From positions 6,203 to 70,202 of the forward strand of contig CAZJCT010000003.1 of the NCBI GenBank assembly GCA_964544675.1: a stretch of 64,000 nt of DNA, in the 5' to 3' direction. The translations under genes were made by a program, and so were the position numbers. The DNA is from an uncultured Sphingobium sp. GTDB taxonomy: Bacteria > Pseudomonadota > Alphaproteobacteria > Sphingomonadales > Sphingomonadaceae. Positions within the stretch are counted from its first letter, which is position 1. Each line of letters opens with the position of its first letter. Positions 43,041 to 50,517 of this stretch are shown in pieces. The notes beneath the pieces are model-generated. The model was not told the DNA's origin. It ran no database searches and worked only from the letters and a program-made list of their open reading frames with translations.

Positions 43041-44855
43041 GTGAAAACCATCCTGCTGTGGGATCTCCGGTTCCCGCTCGCCGCCCCCGTGCTCCTGACG
43101 ATCGCGGACGAGGTCGCATCGGCATTTGTCCGGGCGGGTGTCGCGGCCGCTGCAGATCCCGCCGACGCCGGTGCCTTAGCGGCCGGCGCGCCGATCGACC
43201 CTGCAGAGCCGACCGGAATCGTCATCTGGTCGGGCTGGCCACCTCGACCGGTCCACGTCGTCGTGCCAAGGGCGGCGGCGGCGGCGGCGATCGATGCCGG
43301 CGTGGCTGCGATCGGCGGCGGCGACACCCCTAGCAAGCTGGCGACGATAGACCTTGACCGTTATCTGTTCTGGGCCTCGCGCGCCCGCGTTGCCGCGGGC
43401 CCGCTGGTGACGGCGGCGAGCGGCACGAACTTTGTGATGACCAAACTGATTTTCGGATCGCCGCAATATGCGGTGAACAAGCTGCGCCTGCATCTGTCGG
43501 GCTTTGCCTCGACCGAGGGCGGCAACAGCCCGCAGGAGACGATCCTGCCCGGAAATGCCATGACGATAAATGGCGTCTGGGTCGAAGTCGGCGGTGTCGC
43601 AACGCGCGCGAAGTTCGGCGGGGCGAACGGCACCAGCGTCGCCAGCGGGACGACGGGAGCGTGGACCGACGAGATCGTCCTGCCCTCCGACATTCCGGCG
43701 GGGACCCTCGTCGCGATCTACACCAGTTATTCGACGGCGGTGGCCGAGAAGCAGATCCCGGTCTATCAGGTACAAAAGGAGCGCGGCGAGCGCGTGTGGG
43801 GAGCTGGGGATGCAGCCAGTCTCGATGCGCTGATCGGCACATCGACCGTCTCCACCGCCGCGCTTGATACCGGCTATGGAGCGTCATCACAGCCCTTTTA
43901 CTATGGTCCCGACATGATGGCCGCGAAGGGATGGGACGGCCGTCCGGTGGCGCTGGTGGTCGGCGACAGCATCGCCGAGCGGCAGAGCGATCATGTCTGC
44001 GCTGCCGACGCACGGGGCAATATGGGTTGGCTTCGCCGCTGGCTCGACAAGGCCGACCCCACCTATGGCCGCACGCCGCATTTCATGCTCGCTATTCCTG
44101 GTGCATCGTCCGTCCGGGAACTTTCTACCAGTGCCACGCTGCGCTGGGACGTTCTCGACGAGCTGATCGCGCTGAATGGCGGCAAGCGGCCCTTCACCTG
44201 CGTCCTAAACCAGCATGGTCGCAACGACTACAATGCGACATACGCGACCATGAAGGCCAACTGGAAGGACCTCAATACCCGCATTCTGGCGCGTCACCCA
44301 GGCGTCCCGATCATTGGCGTGGGACAGGTCGTTCACCCCAATTCGACGGACGCGTTCAGAACGCTTGCAAATCAGGGCTATCAGGCCGGCGGAGAGTGGC
44401 CGGGCGGCGTCCGCTACCAGCTCGAAGCCGACAAGGAAGCACTGATGGACGGGACGCTGTCAGGCTATATCGAGGTGGTACGTGCGTGCGGCCTCGACGC
44501 TCTGCTCGGCAGATGGCCGGAGCCGTCCTTCGTCACCTCCCTCGCCGCCAACACGGGGTCGAGCTACAGCAGTATCACTCTCGCCGACGCGCCGATTCTG
44601 GGCGACTTCCTCCAGTGGGGCGGCGGGGCGACCCCTACCGGGGCGAATGTGGTTGAGGTGACCGGCTCACCGGGTGCTTGGGTGGCGACTTTGGACCGGA
44701 CTCTTGGCACATCGTTCGTCGCTGGAACGGAGGTCTTTGCGCCGAACGCAAACGACGGATCGGGTACCCCACGGACCGGAACGCACCCACGGGCCCGAAT
44801 GGTCCGGGCCATCGCCGATGCAGTGCCGCAGAGCGCGAAAGCCGTGCTGAAGTAA
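43041..44855 (+). CDS. Tail-region SGNH/GDSL hydrolase (putative polysaccharide esterase)
   Basis: GAAAGG RBS and GTG start; VVGDSI, PGAS, HGRND, GTHP; no signal peptide; lies between tailspike and holin. Confidence 0.8.
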   Translation: MKTILLWDLRFPLAAPVLLTIADEVASAFVRAGVAAAADPADAGALAAGAPIDPAEPTGIVIWSGWPPRPVHVVVPRAAAAAAIDAGVAAIGGGDTPSKLATIDLDRYLFWASRARVAAGPLVTAASGTNFVMTKLIFGSPQYAVNKLRLHLSGFASTEGGNSPQETILPGNAMTINGVWVEVGGVATRAKFGGANGTSVASGTTGAWTDEIVLPSDIPAGTLVAIYTSYSTAVAEKQIPVYQVQKERGERVWGAGDAASLDALIGTSTVSTAALDTGYGASSQPFYYGPDMMAAKGWDGRPVALVVGDSIAERQSDHVCAADARGNMGWLRRWLDKADPTYGRTPHFMLAIPGASSVRELSTSATLRWDVLDELIALNGGKRPFTCVLNQHGRNDYNATYATMKANWKDLNTRILARHPGVPIIGVGQVVHPNSTDAFRTLANQGYQAGGEWPGGVRYQLEADKEALMDGTLSGYIEVVRACGLDALLGRWPEPSFVTSLAANTGSSYSSITLADAPILGDFLQWGGGATPTGANVVEVTGSPGAWVATLDRTLGTSFVAGTEVFAPNANDGSGTPRTGTHPRARMVRAIADAVPQSAKAVLK

Positions 44856-44891
44856 CCGCCGCACGCCTCGCGGCCATTCGAGGAGTCACCA

Positions 44892-45098
44892 ATGAGCTTG
44901 CATCACCGCCACGTCGATGTGGCGGCGACCGTCGCCGGGCCTGGCGCGGCCGCCTTCATGTGGGCGACCGATATCGCCCAGACCCTCACCATCTGGCTGG
45001 GCCTGTTCACCGCCGCCGCGTCCGCGCTCTGGTGGGTGCGGCGCTACTGGAAGGCTTGGCGTGCATCAGGGCGCACATCAGGGAGTGCACGGTCGTGA
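44892..45098 (+). CDS. Holin (pinholin-like)
   Basis: 68 aa with two hydrophobic segments and a basic tail; precedes the endolysin. Confidence 0.65.
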   Translation: MSLHHRHVDVAATVAGPGAAAFMWATDIAQTLTIWLGLFTAAASALWWVRRYWKAWRASGRTSGSARS

Positions 45099-45673
45099 CG
45101 CCCTCCGCTCCACCGTTGCGCAAGGGCACCCTTGCGGCCGTGGTCGGCGTGGTCACCGCCGGGCTGCTGCTCACCAGCGTTCCTGAAGAGGAAAGCGGCC
45201 GGAAGGTCGAAGCCAGGGTCGCGGCAGACGGGACCGCCACGGTGCGGCATATTCGCGGCAGGCAGTATCTGACGGCCTATCTCGACATCGTCGGGGTCGC
45301 CACGGCCTGCGACGGCATCACCCGCTACGGCTCGCGCAAGATCAGGCTGGGCGACCGCTTTACCGAGGCGCAGTGCGCCGCGATGCTCGAGCAGGAGCTG
45401 ATCGCGCACGCCGAGGGGGTGATGCGCTGCACACCCGGCCTGTCGCTGTCCATGCCCCGCCGGCATCATGCCCGCTTCGCTGCCGTCTCGCTCGCTTACA
45501 ATATCGGCGTTCCGCGCTATTGCCGATCGACCGCTCGACGCCTGTTCAATGACGGACGGGTCGGCCCCGCCTGCGATGCGCTGCTGCTGTGGAACAAGGC
45601 CGGCGGCCGCGTCGTGAGCGGCCTGGTCAAGAGGCGTGGCCGCGAGCGCGCCGTTTGCATGAGGGATGCATGA
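45095..45673 (+). CDS. GH24 lysozyme, probable SAR endolysin
   Basis: N-terminal GTLAAVVGVVTAGLLL; YLDIVGVATACDGIT, SLAYNIG, WNKAGG, GLVKRR. Confidence 0.9.
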   Translation: MTPSAPPLRKGTLAAVVGVVTAGLLLTSVPEEESGRKVEARVAADGTATVRHIRGRQYLTAYLDIVGVATACDGITRYGSRKIRLGDRFTEAQCAAMLEQELIAHAEGVMRCTPGLSLSMPRRHHARFAAVSLAYNIGVPRYCRSTARRLFNDGRVGPACDALLLWNKAGGRVVSGLVKRRGRERAVCMRDA

Positions 45674-46104
45674 TGCCCGGCTGGCTGAGACCCTTCCTGC
45701 CGCACATCGCAGCCGTCGCGGCAATCCTGAGCGTCATGTGGTGGCTGGACCATCGCGGCTACAGCCGGGCGAAGGAGGACATGGCCGCGCAGGCCGCGCG
45801 GATCGAAAACAGGGTGCGCGCCGAATTGCGGGCTGCGGAAACCCGCCTGACCGATCAGATGGCCGCCAACGACCGCGCCGTTGCAGGGCAGATCGCCGCG
45901 ATCGATGCGGTCCACCGCACCGTCATTCAACCGACCATCATGAGGGAGCTGACCCGTGAAAAGCGCTTTACCGATCCTGCTTCTGGCATCCCTGACAGCG
46001 TGCGGGGCGAGGTCAACCGGGCCATCGCGGCTGTCGCCTGTACCGCCACCGCTGACGGCGGCATTAGCTGCCCCTTGCCCGCCGCCGCCCCCGCTGGCGA
46101 GTAA
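45670..46104 (+). CDS. i-spanin (Rz-like)
   Basis: N-terminal TM helix plus coiled-coil, after the endolysin. Confidence 0.75.
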   Translation: MMPGWLRPFLPHIAAVAAILSVMWWLDHRGYSRAKEDMAAQAARIENRVRAELRAAETRLTDQMAANDRAVAGQIAAIDAVHRTVIQPTIMRELTREKRFTDPASGIPDSVRGEVNRAIAAVACTATADGGISCPLPAAAPAGE

Positions 46105-46240
46105 CGACATCCTGGCGCTTGCGCTGAAGGCGGCCGAGCTGGGCGAGGCGCTGGCCAAATGCGCGCGGACGCATGCTGGCGTCGTGAACGCCTATCGCGA
46201 TGCGAGGTCGGCGGCAGAGGCGTGGAACGCGGGGGAATGA
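45956..46240 (+). CDS. o-spanin (Rz1-like lipoprotein), overlapping
   Basis: Lipobox LTAC, Pro-rich; overlaps the Rz-like gene in another frame. Confidence 0.75.
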   Translation: MKSALPILLLASLTACGARSTGPSRLSPVPPPLTAALAAPCPPPPPLASNDILALALKAAELGEALAKCARTHAGVVNAYRDARSAAEAWNAGE

Positions 46241-46262
46241 TCAGGCGAAGGCCTCGATAGGA

Positions 46263-46655
46263 TCAATGCCTTCCGTCGATCTCGTTGCGGGCAGCCTCCG
46301 CCAGGAACGCGCTGCGCGTCAGGTTGCGTTCGGCTGCCGCCGCGTCGATCGCACCGAGGATGCCGCGATCGAGCGAGATGTTGATCCGCGCCGACCGCCC
46401 TGCGCTGGTGTAATAGGGCACCGCGATCAGAAATGCGCCCTCGGCAAGCCGGTCGGCCACCTCCTCGCGGATCGCCTCGATTCCGCGCGGCTCGACCGGC
46501 TCGGCATCCTCGAACCAGAGGTCGAGGGCCTCGCGGGCATGGGCCACGACATCCTCGATCCGGTCGGCTGCCGAAAAGCAGCCGGGGAGATCGGGAAAGT
46601 CGACGCCGAACGCGCTGTCCGCGTCCTTGTGAACCAGGGCCTGGAAATATTTCAT
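46263..46655 (-). CDS. hicB: HicB antitoxin
   Basis: FGVDFPDLPGCFSAAD...RINISLD...TRSAFL (RHH domain). Confidence 0.93.
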   Translation of the reverse strand: MKYFQALVHKDADSAFGVDFPDLPGCFSAADRIEDVVAHAREALDLWFEDAEPVEPRGIEAIREEVADRLAEGAFLIAVPYYTSAGRSARINISLDRGILGAIDAAAAERNLTRSAFLAEAARNEIDGRH

Positions 46656-46677
46656 CGTCTGTCCTTTCCGGGCTGGC

Positions 46678-46860
46678 TCAGAGCCAGCCCGCTTGTTTTG
46701 CTATGCTTCGCGCCGTCCCCAGCGGCAGGTCTTTCTTTGGGTGGGGGACGATCACGGTGAGGTTCCCTTTACGGAATTTGTGGTGTGATCCCTTTTGCCC
46801 GACCAGCTCGAAACCTTCGTCGAGGAGCCGCTTCACGATCTTTTTGCTGTTCCGTTCCAT
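46678..46860 (-). CDS. hicA: HicA toxin
   Basis: GFELVGQKGSHHKF...VPHPKKDLPLGTARSIAKQAG. Confidence 0.93.
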   Translation of the reverse strand: MERNSKKIVKRLLDEGFELVGQKGSHHKFRKGNLTVIVPHPKKDLPLGTARSIAKQAGWL

Positions 46861-46920
46861 GTGTAATTATATACACAATGACGGCGGGCGGTGCAAGGGG
46901 TTTGTGTATTTATTTACGCA
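46860..46920 (-). promoter_or_regulatory. hicAB promoter with two TGTGTA-N6-TAC(A/G)CA operators
   Basis: Palindromes at 46860-46877 and 46903-46920; minus-strand TTGCAC...TATAAT immediately before the ATG. Confidence 0.75.
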
Positions 46921-46936
46921 ATATGTTAGGTGGGGC

Positions 46937-46960
46937 TGGGGTATCGAGTGGGGTACGCCC
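46937..46960. promoter_or_regulatory. Internal inverted copy of the integrase arm-type repeat
   Basis: Reverse complement GGGCGTACCCCACTCGATACCCCA has the same 12-bp period as the two end arrays. Confidence 0.55.
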
Positions 46961-47032
46961 AGCGAATTGCACCCGCGCGAGGCGTGCATTTCCGAGGCCT
47001 TCAGGATCGCGTGACGGAGGGGTTGTCCGTGT

Positions 47033-47290
47033 TTATGCGGGTTGTTCCAGCTCCTCAGGCACAAGCTCTTCGATAGCCACGACTTGTGAAAGATCGACAT
47101 TTACTTCGTGCTTCTGATCCACAGTGAATCCTCGCAAGGTGTGATCGTTCTCCAGAAGGCTGACATGGATCAGAGTAAACTTGTGGACCCCGGCATAAAT
47201 CGTCATCACTTCACCCGCTCTCGACCGGCCTTCCGCCCAGCGCGCTATTGCCAATTGACCGGAAGTTACTGACATAGAACTGTTCTCCAA
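47033..47290 (-). CDS. Hypothetical protein (low GC)
   Basis: ORF in an AT-richer patch; start uncertain. Confidence 0.45.
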   Translation of the reverse strand: MENSSMSVTSGQLAIARWAEGRSRAGEVMTIYAGVHKFTLIHVSLLENDHTLRGFTVDQKHEVNVDLSQVVAIEELVPEELEQPA

Positions 47291-47326
47291 CTGATCGACT
47301 GGTGAAGCCGAGCATCTTTTTGATGG

Positions 47327-47914
47327 CTAGTGAGCAGCCATCAGCTGCGAAGGAAAGGGCACCGCGAGCGCCAGCGCCTCGTCGGCGGAGCCGTTCAGCC
47401 AGGTCGCATAATTCGCCTCGTCGAGCACAACGGGCATCGCCTTGGGGTGGAGCGGCGCGACCAGGCTGTTGGGCTCGCAGGTCAGGAAGGCGAAGACCTC
47501 GCCGTCCTCGCTTGCTCGCCAGATGCCAGCAAAGGCGGCGATCGGCCGGTCGACGACGGTGAACCAGTGCTCCGCGCGGCCGCCGCCGATCACCGGCTCG
47601 GCGAAGGTCGCGAAGGGGACGAGGCAGCGCTGGGCCGGATCGTTCAGCATCGACCGCCAGAACGGGCTGGCGAGGTTGCGCACGTTGGTGACGTGGCGCT
47701 TGAGCTTCGTTCCCGGCTTCTTGCCCGGTACCGTCGTCGGAACGCCCCATTTCAGGACGTCGACCGCAGCGATGCCGTCGACCGTGCGCACCACGGGCGC
47801 CGGATATTTCGGCCAGATATCGCCGGCGGGCAGTTCTCCGGCGCGTACCGAAAAGCCGGCATATTGCGCCCAGGTCGGGATCTGTTCCGGGTTGGTCCGA
47901 TAGTGATTGCACAT
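47327..47914 (-). CDS. SOS response-associated peptidase (SRAP/YedK/HMCES family)
   Basis: N-terminal MCNHY (Cys2), TNVRN, RCLVP, FAGIW, HPKAMPVVL. Confidence 0.92.
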   Translation of the reverse strand: MCNHYRTNPEQIPTWAQYAGFSVRAGELPAGDIWPKYPAPVVRTVDGIAAVDVLKWGVPTTVPGKKPGTKLKRHVTNVRNLASPFWRSMLNDPAQRCLVPFATFAEPVIGGGRAEHWFTVVDRPIAAFAGIWRASEDGEVFAFLTCEPNSLVAPLHPKAMPVVLDEANYATWLNGSADEALALAVPFPSQLMAAH

Positions 47915-47965
47915 GGGGGCGGAGCCTAGCGCGGCCGCGCCCGATTCCCATCAGGAAAAATCGAC

Positions 47966-49132
47966 ATGCTCACCAACGCCGCGGTCAAGGCCGCGCGGCC
48001 CCGCGCGCGCGCCTACAAGATCTTCGATGGCCGCGGGCTCCACCTCTTCGTCGCGCCGACCGGGCTGCGCGCCTGGCGCCTGAAGATCCGCATCGATGGG
48101 CGCGAGCAGCTGCTGTCGATCGGCCATTGGCCCGACGTCACGCTCGACGAGGCGCGCGAGCTGGCGGACGCGACGCGGGCCGCGATCGCGCGGGGGATCG
48201 ATCCGCGCGCCGCCTCAAACGAGGTCGCAAAACATAAACGCTTCGAGGAGGTCGCGCGCGCCTGGCACGCCGATCGGCGGCATCGCTGGACCGATCGGCA
48301 CGCGGCCGACGTGTTGGCGAGCCTCGAGCGCGATCTTTTTCCGGGTCTCGGAGCAATGGGAATCGGCGACATCGATGCCGCGGCGGTGCTCGCGGCGATC
48401 CAGTCGATCGAAGCGCGCGGCGCGCATGAGACGGCCCGGCGGGTGAGGCAGAGGATCGACATGATTTTCGGGTTCGCGATCGCGCGGCAGCTGGTCGACC
48501 GCAATCCTGCGGCGCTGATCGCCGGCGAGCTGGCGGCCGCGCCGGCGCCGCGCCGCCATCCCGCGATCACAGATATCGACGAGGCGCGCGCGCTGCTTGC
48601 CGCGGCCGAACGGGCAGGCGGGCCGCCGATCGTGCGGCTCGCCTCGCGATTCCTGGCGCTGACCGCCGTGCGGATGGGCGCGCTGATCGGCGCGGGCTGG
48701 GGCGAGATCGAGGATCTCGACGGCGCGGCGCCGCTCTGGCGCGTGCCGGCGGCGCGCATGAAGCTGAAGAAAGCGCGAAAGGCCGACTCGTCCAACGATC
48801 ATATCGTGCCGCTGAGCGCGGCCGCGGTCGATGTGCTGCGGTGCGCGCGCGAGAATGGGTATGATGGCCGGCTTCCGATCTTCCCGATCCGGGCCGCAGC
48901 GATCGGCGCGCTGTACGATCGCGCGGGCTGGCGCGGCCGGCATGTGCCGCATGGCTGGCGCGCGACATTCTCGACGATCCTGAACGAGGCATTTCCGGAG
49001 GAGCGCTTCGTCATCGACCAGGCTCTCGCGCACAGCCCCAAGGAGAAGGTCGAGGCGGCGTACAATCGCGCCGCGCAGCTCGATCGCCGGCGGCGGCTGT
49101 TCGACGCCTGGGGGGAGATGCTGACCGAATGA
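47966..49132 (+). CDS. Tyrosine integrase, P4 family (second copy)
   Basis: Arm-binding domain YKIFDGRGLHLFV; catalytic R (AVR), K, HGWR, LAH, Y (AAYNR). Confidence 0.92.
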   Translation: MLTNAAVKAARPRARAYKIFDGRGLHLFVAPTGLRAWRLKIRIDGREQLLSIGHWPDVTLDEARELADATRAAIARGIDPRAASNEVAKHKRFEEVARAWHADRRHRWTDRHAADVLASLERDLFPGLGAMGIGDIDAAAVLAAIQSIEARGAHETARRVRQRIDMIFGFAIARQLVDRNPAALIAGELAAAPAPRRHPAITDIDEARALLAAAERAGGPPIVRLASRFLALTAVRMGALIGAGWGEIEDLDGAAPLWRVPAARMKLKKARKADSSNDHIVPLSAAAVDVLRCARENGYDGRLPIFPIRAAAIGALYDRAGWRGRHVPHGWRATFSTILNEAFPEERFVIDQALAHSPKEKVEAAYNRAAQLDRRRRLFDAWGEMLTE

Positions 49133-49290
49133 TCTGACAGATTCCAGCGCACCGGCGCCGATCGGCGCCGGGAGCGGGGGTTCCGGACGGCAATCCGGGA
49201 AACCGACGAGCACGCACTCGCCACGACACAGCTGGCCGACTGGCCGCCCCGCACCCGCGCATACGGGCGGGGTCGTTGGAGCGATTTTGC

Positions 49291-49512
49291 ATGTCCTCGT
49301 CAACCGCTAACCAAATCGAAGCCATTCATTGTGGAAACTGCCGGGCGCTGCTGTTCAAGGCGGCACCGGGCGCGATCGCCGCGACCATCGAGATCAAGTG
49401 CCGCCGCTGCGGCAGCATCAATTCACTGAGGCCGCAGAGCCCCAATCCGACCGCCTTCCGAGCGGCGAATGGAGGCCTGCCTTGTGGATCTATGTACCCC
49501 CGTCGCGCCTGA
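49291..49512 (+). CDS. Mu Com-family zinc-finger regulator
   Basis: IHCGNCRALLFK...IEIKCRRCGSIN; overlaps the methyltransferase start. Confidence 0.85.
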   Translation: MSSSTANQIEAIHCGNCRALLFKAAPGAIAATIEIKCRRCGSINSLRPQSPNPTAFRAANGGLPCGSMYPRRA

Positions 49513-50423
49513 GCTGCGCGGTATCTCCCTCTGCTCCGGATATGCAGGCCTCGACCTCGGCCTGCATATCGCCGAACCCCGGTACCGGACTGTGGCTTTT
49601 GTCGAGCGGGAAGCTCACGCTGCGGCCGCTCTCGTGGCGAGGATGGAAGACTCGTCCCTGGGCATGGCGCCTGTTTGGGACGATCTGCGATCCTTTGACG
49701 GCACGGCTTGGCGTGGCCGCGTTCATCTCGTCTCTGCCGGTTATCCCTGCCAGCCCTTCAGCCGCGCAGGCAAGAGACGCGGCGCCGACGACCCCCGTCA
49801 TCTCTGGCCCGATGTCGCCCGCGTCATCGGGGAGGTCGATCCGGAATGGGTCTTCTGCGAAAATGTCGAGGGGCACGTCGATCTGGGACTTGCCGAAGTC
49901 CTCGACGAGCTGGGCCGAATGGGCTTCAGCACAAAGGCAGGCCTGTTCACGGCGCGAGAAGCGGGCGCAAGCCATCGCCGGCGACGGATCTTCATCCTGG
50001 CCCACGCCGACCGCGAGCGACGCGGGCTATTTTCCGGAGATCCTGACGGGAGCCGGGACCTACCGGCTGGTGTCGCCGTTGGACATCTCGCCGGGGAGCT
50101 GCGGCCAGTTCGCGGTGAACAACGCGGCCCGGGTGTGGACGCTCCAGTGGATGGCGATCGCGACCATGGGACTGGATCCAGCGACGGCGACATTCCCCTC
50201 TTCGCCCCCGGTCCGGCTCGCCTTCAAGCATGGTCCCAGATCCTCGCTCAACGACCTGATCTCCAACCCGCGCTTCTACGAGCATCTGATGGGCTGGCCG
50301 ATCGGGTGGAGCGATCCCGCGCAGCCGGTAACGGGGTTTGCAGCCTGGCTGCGGCGCTCGCGTGGCGCACTCTCAAAGCTGCCCACACCGGCGCCGGAGC
50401 TATCTGTCCAGCCTTTGACCTGA
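49482..50423 (+). CDS. Overlapping +1-frame polypeptide supplying TRD/motif IX of the C5 methyltransferase (beta chain)
   Basis: Frame open across the whole gene; WPTPTASD at 49998 and NPRFYEHLMGWPIGW at 50265. Confidence 0.65.
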   Translation: MWIYVPPSRLSCAVSPSAPDMQASTSACISPNPGTGLWLLSSGKLTLRPLSWRGWKTRPWAWRLFGTICDPLTARLGVAAFISSLPVIPASPSAAQARDAAPTTPVISGPMSPASSGRSIRNGSSAKMSRGTSIWDLPKSSTSWAEWASAQRQACSRREKRAQAIAGDGSSSWPTPTASDAGYFPEILTGAGTYRLVSPLDISPGSCGQFAVNNAARVWTLQWMAIATMGLDPATATFPSSPPVRLAFKHGPRSSLNDLISNPRFYEHLMGWPIGWSDPAQPVTGFAAWLRRSRGALSKLPTPAPELSVQPLT

Positions 50424-50434
50424 TCGCCGACTGA
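49484..50434 (+). CDS. DNA (cytosine-5) methyltransferase, alpha chain (motifs I-VIII and X)
   Basis: SLCSGYAG (I), GYPCQPFS (IV), ENV (VI), HRRRRIFI (VIII), GNGV (X); GTG after GGAGG. Confidence 0.88.
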   Translation: MDLCTPVAPELRGISLCSGYAGLDLGLHIAEPRYRTVAFVEREAHAAAALVARMEDSSLGMAPVWDDLRSFDGTAWRGRVHLVSAGYPCQPFSRAGKRRGADDPRHLWPDVARVIGEVDPEWVFCENVEGHVDLGLAEVLDELGRMGFSTKAGLFTAREAGASHRRRRIFILAHADRERRGLFSGDPDGSRDLPAGVAVGHLAGELRPVRGEQRGPGVDAPVDGDRDHGTGSSDGDIPLFAPGPARLQAWSQILAQRPDLQPALLRASDGLADRVERSRAAGNGVCSLAAALAWRTLKAAHTGAGAICPAFDLIAD

Positions 50435-50517
50435 TCGTCGACGTCCGCCCGGCGTTGGCGAACGTCGGGCGGCATTCGCACAGGCGGCGGACGCGGCCGC
50501 GCGGAGTATCATCGTTC

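Noticed and set aside
18185..44855. Diversity-generating retroelement (TR/VR) explanation for the duplicated gene
   Set aside because: No reverse transcriptase in the window. The duplication spans ~1.5 kb, with differences spread over synonymous sites rather than confined to adenines.
46815..46830. Possible degenerate att core (GGAGCC) near the internal arm array
   Set aside because: Only a 6-bp match, inside hicA, and the spacing is off; chance level.
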